Part shown: piece by piece, positions 27,348 through 33,329 of the stretch
Layout: every line of letters starts with the position of its first letter
Position numbering within the stretch: the stretch's first letter is position 1
Assembly (NCBI GenBank): GCA_002104905.1
Contig: MCFE01000822.1
Coordinates: 1-33,329, forward strand
Source of the DNA: Basidiobolus meristosporus CBS 931.73
Lineage: Eukaryota; Fungi; Basidiobolomycota
Reading direction: 5' to 3'
Length of the DNA stretch: 33,329 nt
Translations under genes and position numbers: made by a program
The notes under the pieces: model-generated
Seen by the model: the letters and a program-made list of their open reading frames with translations, nothing else
The model's database searches: none
What the model was told of the DNA's origin: nothing

Positions 27348-29221
27348 AGCCCAAGCTGGCCTATAAAAATCCTTGGCAGATCTTTTTCAGCAATATCTGA
27401 AGCAGCACACTCCCTTTATGATGGATTCAGCCTACATCATGTTCCCCTTATAGATGTTGTTGACATGTCAATCTTATCTCACTTACCACCACCTTTCCCA
27501 CTGAATAATGTCTTAAGCACTGAAGAGCCTTCATCTCTTATTAATTATCTACCAACTCCCCTCAGCCACACATTCTTATATCAAAGCTACAACAGTAGCA
27601 CTGGCTTCTTTGTTTCAGCTAAAATAAAGATCGCACTTGTTGGGAACTGTCTCCCACCTAATTCTAACCCTGTAACCTAAACCTTACCCAATGGGGCTAA
27701 TTTAGTTCTCACTATACAGCCTTACACTGGATATAATCAAGAAGATGGGGTTATTGATTGGGTATCTGCTAGTTCTCTTACTCTCCAATCCTGGACACTC
27801 AAACATCTCCTGTATTTAGCAGAAATGACAGAACCAATCAAAAGCTGCTTAGTGGTTGTTATGATGAAAAACTTGGGCAAAGTTTTTTGCAAAATCTGAG
27901 GTGAAGTTTTTTTCCAATAAGTGCTGCATGGTGTCTTAATGGCATCAATACCTCTTTGTCACAGGATTTAAATTTTGTGACAGCCTTTTGATTGATTCAT
28001 TACAATTATTTTTTGTAGGGCAAGCACAGGCAAGACTGCCTCTCTTCTTGTCAGACAATCCCTAATATCATTGATAGGGCGCCCTCTGAATATGTGCTCT
28101 CACACCACTTTGGCAGTCCTCTCTTCAGGCTGTTCTCTTTCAAAAAAGAGCTCCTCAGAAGATTACCAGTTGATCAAGGAATTTACCATTGCCCCAAATC
28201 ACCAACTTCTTCAGGAAATACTATCATGAGCAAGGAGTGTTACTCCTTTCTCCACTTGATTTTAGTATTGAGGATGTCTGAGATTCAAAGAAGTCCATTT
28301 TCATCTTGTAATCTTGCACCTTCCCAGATATCAGAGGTCTGACTTGGCTTCTTTATTTAAAATTTTAAATAAAGATCTCACCTTTTGATATTTGTCATCC
28401 CACTAAGTACATGGTTAGAATATTCACACTAGGTGCGATCTGGTGGGTTAACAGATACGGGTGGAGACCCATGACTTAGGGTACTTAACCCTCAAATAGC
28501 AAACCTCCCAGTCTAACTTCTTCTAGGCTTTGTTTGCGCATTGGCGTACACTTAGAGAAAGCTTAGGACTGCACTATGCGCCTGATAGTCTCAAAGAGCT
28601 AGCTGACTAAACTGAGGTAGCATGACACTAATCTTATGGTCGGCCACAGAGATTAACATGGCGTAAAATTATGAACATGCTTCGATGGTTTATACTCGTG
28701 CCAACCAGGTAGTTATCTAGTCGCTAATGGATGTTTTTGTTGAGCCTTATCCTGCATTTATGCATTCTTTCATTCGTTAAGCCTTGTATGGGATTATGAC
28801 TGAGCAAACGCAGGCAGTAATTGGAGTCCAGGCTCCACCCCCTTCCTCGCAAAGCTCTTTCTTTCTGTGATCTGGTTATGATCCACGTTCAGCAAGTACT
28901 TTGTTCTTTCACGCAGAACCCCGCTTGTGAAGCTTGCCGTGAGAGCAAATGATAAGGGCATGTTTGTCCCAAGGTCTGAGTCCATCCGAGGTTTCTACCC
29001 TGACGGCTATCGTGTTCAAAATATTGGCCCAGATACGTTTGTTGGAAAATGCCCTCATATATTGCTCGGATAGGCGTCCTCCATTTGAATCAAGTCAAGT
29101 GCAGTCTTCAGCTACTATCATTCGTGTCAAAATGAAAGTATTCTATGAGGCAGTTAGGAAAGGAACCTTCATGAGTTGTTTGCCGCAGTAAGTCTATGAA
29201 TCTTCACTACAACTAGCCCAA

Positions 29222-29290
29222 GTAGAATAATTCTCGATATCTCCAGGTAGAATAATTCTCGATATCTCCAGGTAGAATAATTCTCGATAT
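29222..29290 (+). repeat. 25-bp tandem repeat, about 2.8 copies
   Basis: GTAGAATAATTCTCGATATCTCCAG at 29222, 29247 and 29272 (partial). Confidence 0.95.
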
Positions 29291-29951
29291 TTTTATCTTA
29301 TACTTAATTATAGATGAACTACGTGTGTCAATTAGGCTTCTTTTCAAATAGAATTCTCATATATTTGGTTATCAAAACGACATCTGCCATTGCCTACACA
29401 TCAATTAGAATATTCAAAATCAGCCATGAACTTCAAGACTTTCTTCCTGGCCACTCTCCTGACCATTCTCTGGGTCAGTTAAGCCTAAGCCGAATACTAA
29501 CTAAATGATATTCTTTATTGGGGGCCGACATAATGCGCCATTACTCCTGAATTCATCCTCGAACATTTACAAATATATGATCAATAACATCAGTACAACG
29601 ATACTAACGTAAAGTTCTCAGAAAGCTTCTCTCTTGCTCATTTACGACTAACAATCGATACTATGGACTGTACCATGTAAAATATCACTCAGGGTATTTC
29701 CACTTGTCTATTTCGATAGTTAGAGCCATATATAATATCGCGTAATCTGAGGTCTGTTGGGACTAGAATTAGCCCTAAGCGACCCAACCAAGTAGCTTCT
29801 AAGCCCATCTTTTCCAACACACTACTCAGGGCTATTTCTCCGAGAGCCAAGCAGAACAAGGCAAGCTGCCAAGTAGCATTTCTACAAGGTTTAGCTTTTG
29901 TACATTGAGCATATTATTATGATCGATGAATGCTCTAAGGAAATGCTCAAT

Positions 29952-29992
29952 ACATATAAGGTAATCATGTCTGACATCTCTCAAAATCTTGA
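29952..29992 (+). repeat. 41-bp direct repeat, partner at 33224-33264
   Basis: Exact 21-mer GGTAATCATGTCTGACATCTC at 29960 and 33232, with matching ACATAT and AATCTTGA flanks. Confidence 0.75.
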
Positions 29993-30198
29993 AGAACAAA
30001 CAGTCGGCAATGAAGGCTTATCACGTCTATATTCAGAAATGAGCTACTAATTCAAGTATAATTAACTGGATTTTGTTTGCAATACCCCAATGCTTCTGTT
30101 TCCTAAATTGACTATATTCCTATCGGTCAATATTCTCAAATTTGTCACTTGGTTGAATTAAGCTTGGCTGAGAACTAATAAAAGCTGCCTCATCCTCC

Positions 30199-31817
30199 AT
30201 GCTGTTTCCTCAGAAATTCCCCACAACAACTATGAGCGAAGAAAAACCCTTCGAAAAGTCTACCCAAGTGGAGCACATCGATGCTGCACAAGATGATCCT
30301 CCCAACTCCGATGACATCAAGCTACGCGTTGCTGGAAAGGTCCCCCTCGCGGCCTGGTTCATCATCATCACCGAGCTGTGCGAGCGCTTTGCCTTCTACG
30401 GTGCCTCCCTTCTGTTCCAACCCTACATGCTCAAGGTTCTTGGCTTCAACAAGAGCACTGCCACCGCCGTGAACAGAGGCTTCCAGTTTCTGGCCTATTG
30501 CACCACTATTCTTGGTGCCGTCGTTGCCGACCGCTACATCGGAAAGTTCAAGACCATCGTCATATTCTCCCTCTTCTACATGGTGGGCTTGGTGTTCCTG
30601 GCAGTCAGCTCCCTCCCAGCCTCTCTGGATGGAAGCTTCGGTGTGATCGGCTTCGTGATTGCTCTGTATGTCTTCATCTCCTTCGGCACCGGCGGCATCA
30701 AGTCCAATGTTTCCTCCTTTGCCGCTGAGCAGATCAAGGAAGGAATCTTCCCGACCAAGACCCCCGGCGTCTACACCGACTCACAACTCACTGTTGAGCG
30801 CATCTTCCGCTTCTTCTACTGGGCCATCAACTGTGGCGCCTTGCTGGGCCAGTTCATCTGTCCCATCGTTGCCAACGACTACGGATCCTATCCCCTGGCC
30901 TACTCACTGCCAGCGATCATGTTCGTGATTGGCCTCGTGATCTTCGTGTCCGCCAAAAAGCTGTACTATGTCAAGCCTCCATCCGGCACTGTCCTCTCGA
31001 AGACCTACTCCTGCATCAAGTATGCCCTGTCTCATCGCAAGGCCCCGTTGGACAATGCCAAGACCAATGGGCCCATTGAGCACTGGTTGGACTACGCCAA
31101 GGTGGATGGCTTTGAGTGGGACGATCAGTTCATCGAAGATCTCAAGAAAACCCTGCGCGCTTGCTTGGTCTTCCTGTTCTATCCCTTCTACTGGGCTCTG
31201 TACTACAACATGTCCGACAACTTCATCAACATGGGACTGACGATGCAAAGACCATCGTTCATCAGTGGGCCCGAGCAGCTGAACCTGGTCAACAGCCTTG
31301 TCCTGGTAATTGCCATCCCTATCTTTGACACGGCCATCTTCCCATTGCTGAGAAGAATGGGCTGCCGTCTTGGTCCCATCACACGCATCACCATCGGGTT
31401 CACAATTGCCACACTTGCCTTTGTCTATGTCACCGTTCTCCAAGCACAGGTCTACAAGACCGGCCCCTACTACAACTTCACCGATTTGAGTGGCCTGCCC
31501 GAGGGTGAGCAACCAGTCAACGACATCTCCATCTGGTGGCAAGTGATCCCGTTCATTGGAATCTCCATCTCCGAGATCTTCGCCTCAGTCACCGGCCTGG
31601 AGTTCGCCTTCCGACAAGCCGCCCCGAGCTCAAGTCGGTGGTGACCTCTCTTTTCCTGTTCACCAACTGTGGTGGCAGTCTGATTGGCCTGATCCTTGCA
31701 GTGTGGAGCAACGACCCCAACTTTGTGTACGTGTTCGGCATCCAAACCGGACTGATGGGAGTCATGACTGTCATCTTCTACTGGATCTTCCGCAAATTTG
31801 ATACCATTGAGTGTTGA
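30199..31817 (+). CDS. PTR2: POT/PTR2-family proton-dependent oligopeptide transporter (host, fungal-type, intronless), 1-bp frameshift at ~31625
   Basis: ExxERFxYY-type motif ELCERFAFYG, PTR2 signature GTGGIKSNVSSFAAEQ, FFYWAINCGAL, many TM segments. The C-terminus ELKSVVTSLFLFTNCGGSLIG...FRKFDTIEC* continues in another frame after GCCGCCCCG. Strong C-ending codon bias. Alternative start at 30232. Confidence 0.93.
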
Positions 31818-33223
31818 TAGGAGGTGCCAGAAGGTATCTACCTGATTGTAAAATTAGTATACATAGGATGTAAAATAAAAGCAAAAGCAGTTCGTTTAAT
31901 CTTGAGTGATTTCTATCATAGTTTGATAGTGTTAATGTTGTCATTAAAAATTTCGCCATTGTGCTGGTAGTCTGTCAAGAATCGTATTCGTTGGAGTATC
32001 TGCTCACTAAATTTCTGTAGCAAGTAGCCATCAATCGCACTTCGTGCCAACATTGCCCTTCGAAATACTTGGAGCAATCATGTGTACCTATTGCTTTAGG
32101 ATGTTGCAAAATGAATACTGAATGCCAAATTTTCCAACTTTTTGATTTTTTGAGGATCAAAATTGAGTAAACGAAACATGTTGAGAAACTAAAAGCAGGT
32201 TCGCCGTCCATATTTGGATTCATGATTACTAGTGGTAAATAGGAAAATGCTGATCATATGCAATGCCAAAATAAAATGTCACGATGTCTGTATACGCAAC
32301 GTCTCTAGGATAAAGTAGTCCTTGCAATTAGAGTCGTATAAAAATGCGGATATTGATCTATAAACTAGATACACGAGCTGCAGAACCTGTGGATACTTCA
32401 AGTTTTTACTTCCATTCATGCTATTTCATGACTCTATGTTTGCGCAATATTGACGGTGAAATCTTGGCACATTGGCAGCAGCACTTGTGCATATAAAATA
32501 GCATGATATCAGCAATAGATTATTTTGAAGCTACTCAACTATTGTATCCAATAGAGGTGTTTTCGATCAGATTTGGCTATCATTACATGTAGCAATTTCA
32601 CTACTTATCCATTCTTTGTAGCAAAGCAGAAGAGATCCCTGATGGGTCAGCCAAGATAATGTACCATCACTTCAGAACTGTTTATCTTATGATCAATACT
32701 TGTGTACCATCTCATCTATGGCTGATAATCGATACTATGTAGTATTGAACTATATCTCGTACAATAGAATCCCTTATGATATACATTTAACATTCTGCTT
32801 GACTATAAGCACGATCTACTTTTTGATTCCTTGCACACTTTCAACTCAACTTGCAGCGCACAAACCCTCAGAAATATGATCTGTATTATTGGGATTAACG
32901 CAAGAAGTGTACTTCAGTTATGTATGGGAATGATTTCTTGCTGACAAGGAAGCATCAAATAAAGATGATCTACAACTTAATGAGATATGTGGTGTTTAGG
33001 GTTAGCCTTCTTTACTATTAATTGAATAACTTGGTTGGTAGTGCATACTAAATATGCTACTCAATTTGTAATAATGATATCCAAAACTATCTGAGAGCTG
33101 CTTGACGATAAAGGACGAACCCAATATCTGGAGCTGTCAGCATTGGACCGAATAGGAAATCACAAAATGACAATTTGTAGTGTTGGCTGTAATCTATCAC
33201 AATGGGTAAGAAAAACCCTGAGA

Positions 33224-33264
33224 ACATATTTGGTAATCATGTCTGACATCTCCCTCAATCTTGA
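33224..33264 (+). repeat. 41-bp direct repeat, partner at 29952-29992
   Basis: acatatttggtaatcatgtctgacatctccctcaatcttga. Confidence 0.75.
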
Positions 33265-33329
33265 TTCGATACCCTCAAATACTCTTCTCTTTACCATATC
33301 AAAACTGAGCTTCATTATTATTACTATTG

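Noticed and set aside
27348-29510. Possible LINE or other TE remnant and short ORFs
   Set aside because: CpG depletion suggests an old repeat up to ~28,400, but no diagnostic protein motif could be read.

Overview
The window appears to span a virus-host junction. Bases 1 to ~23,095 are very AT-rich, intron-free and gene-dense, and carry Nucleocytoviricota (giant DNA virus) hallmark genes. In order these are the 3' part of a D6/D11-like SF2 helicase, a family B DNA polymerase, a 2.6-kb non-coding array of about 24.5 x 108-bp units each containing an inverted repeat, a HIRAN-domain protein and a MutS7-type MutS-HNH fusion split by one frameshift. They are followed by a small Cys-rich membrane-anchored protein, six paralogues of an unrecognised 4-TM/coiled-coil family (one with a nonsense codon) and a CCCH-type zinc-finger protein. 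From ~23,100 the sequence looks like eukaryotic, probably fungal, chromosome: a CpG-depleted decayed Ty1/copia fragment, two solo LTRs with target-site duplications, and a GC-rich intronless PTR2/POT peptide transporter gene with a 1-bp frameshift. The best interpretation is the edge of a young giant endogenous viral element in a fungal genome; an assembly chimera cannot be excluded from sequence alone. The most unusual signals are the palindromic 108-bp array with a compensatory base change, which lies inside a replication/repair gene cluster near a strand-skew switch, a candidate viral promoter motif (ATACGAAAA 18-20 nt upstream of ATG), and the diversifying membrane-protein multigene family. 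All calls come from reading motifs by eye; no searches were run.
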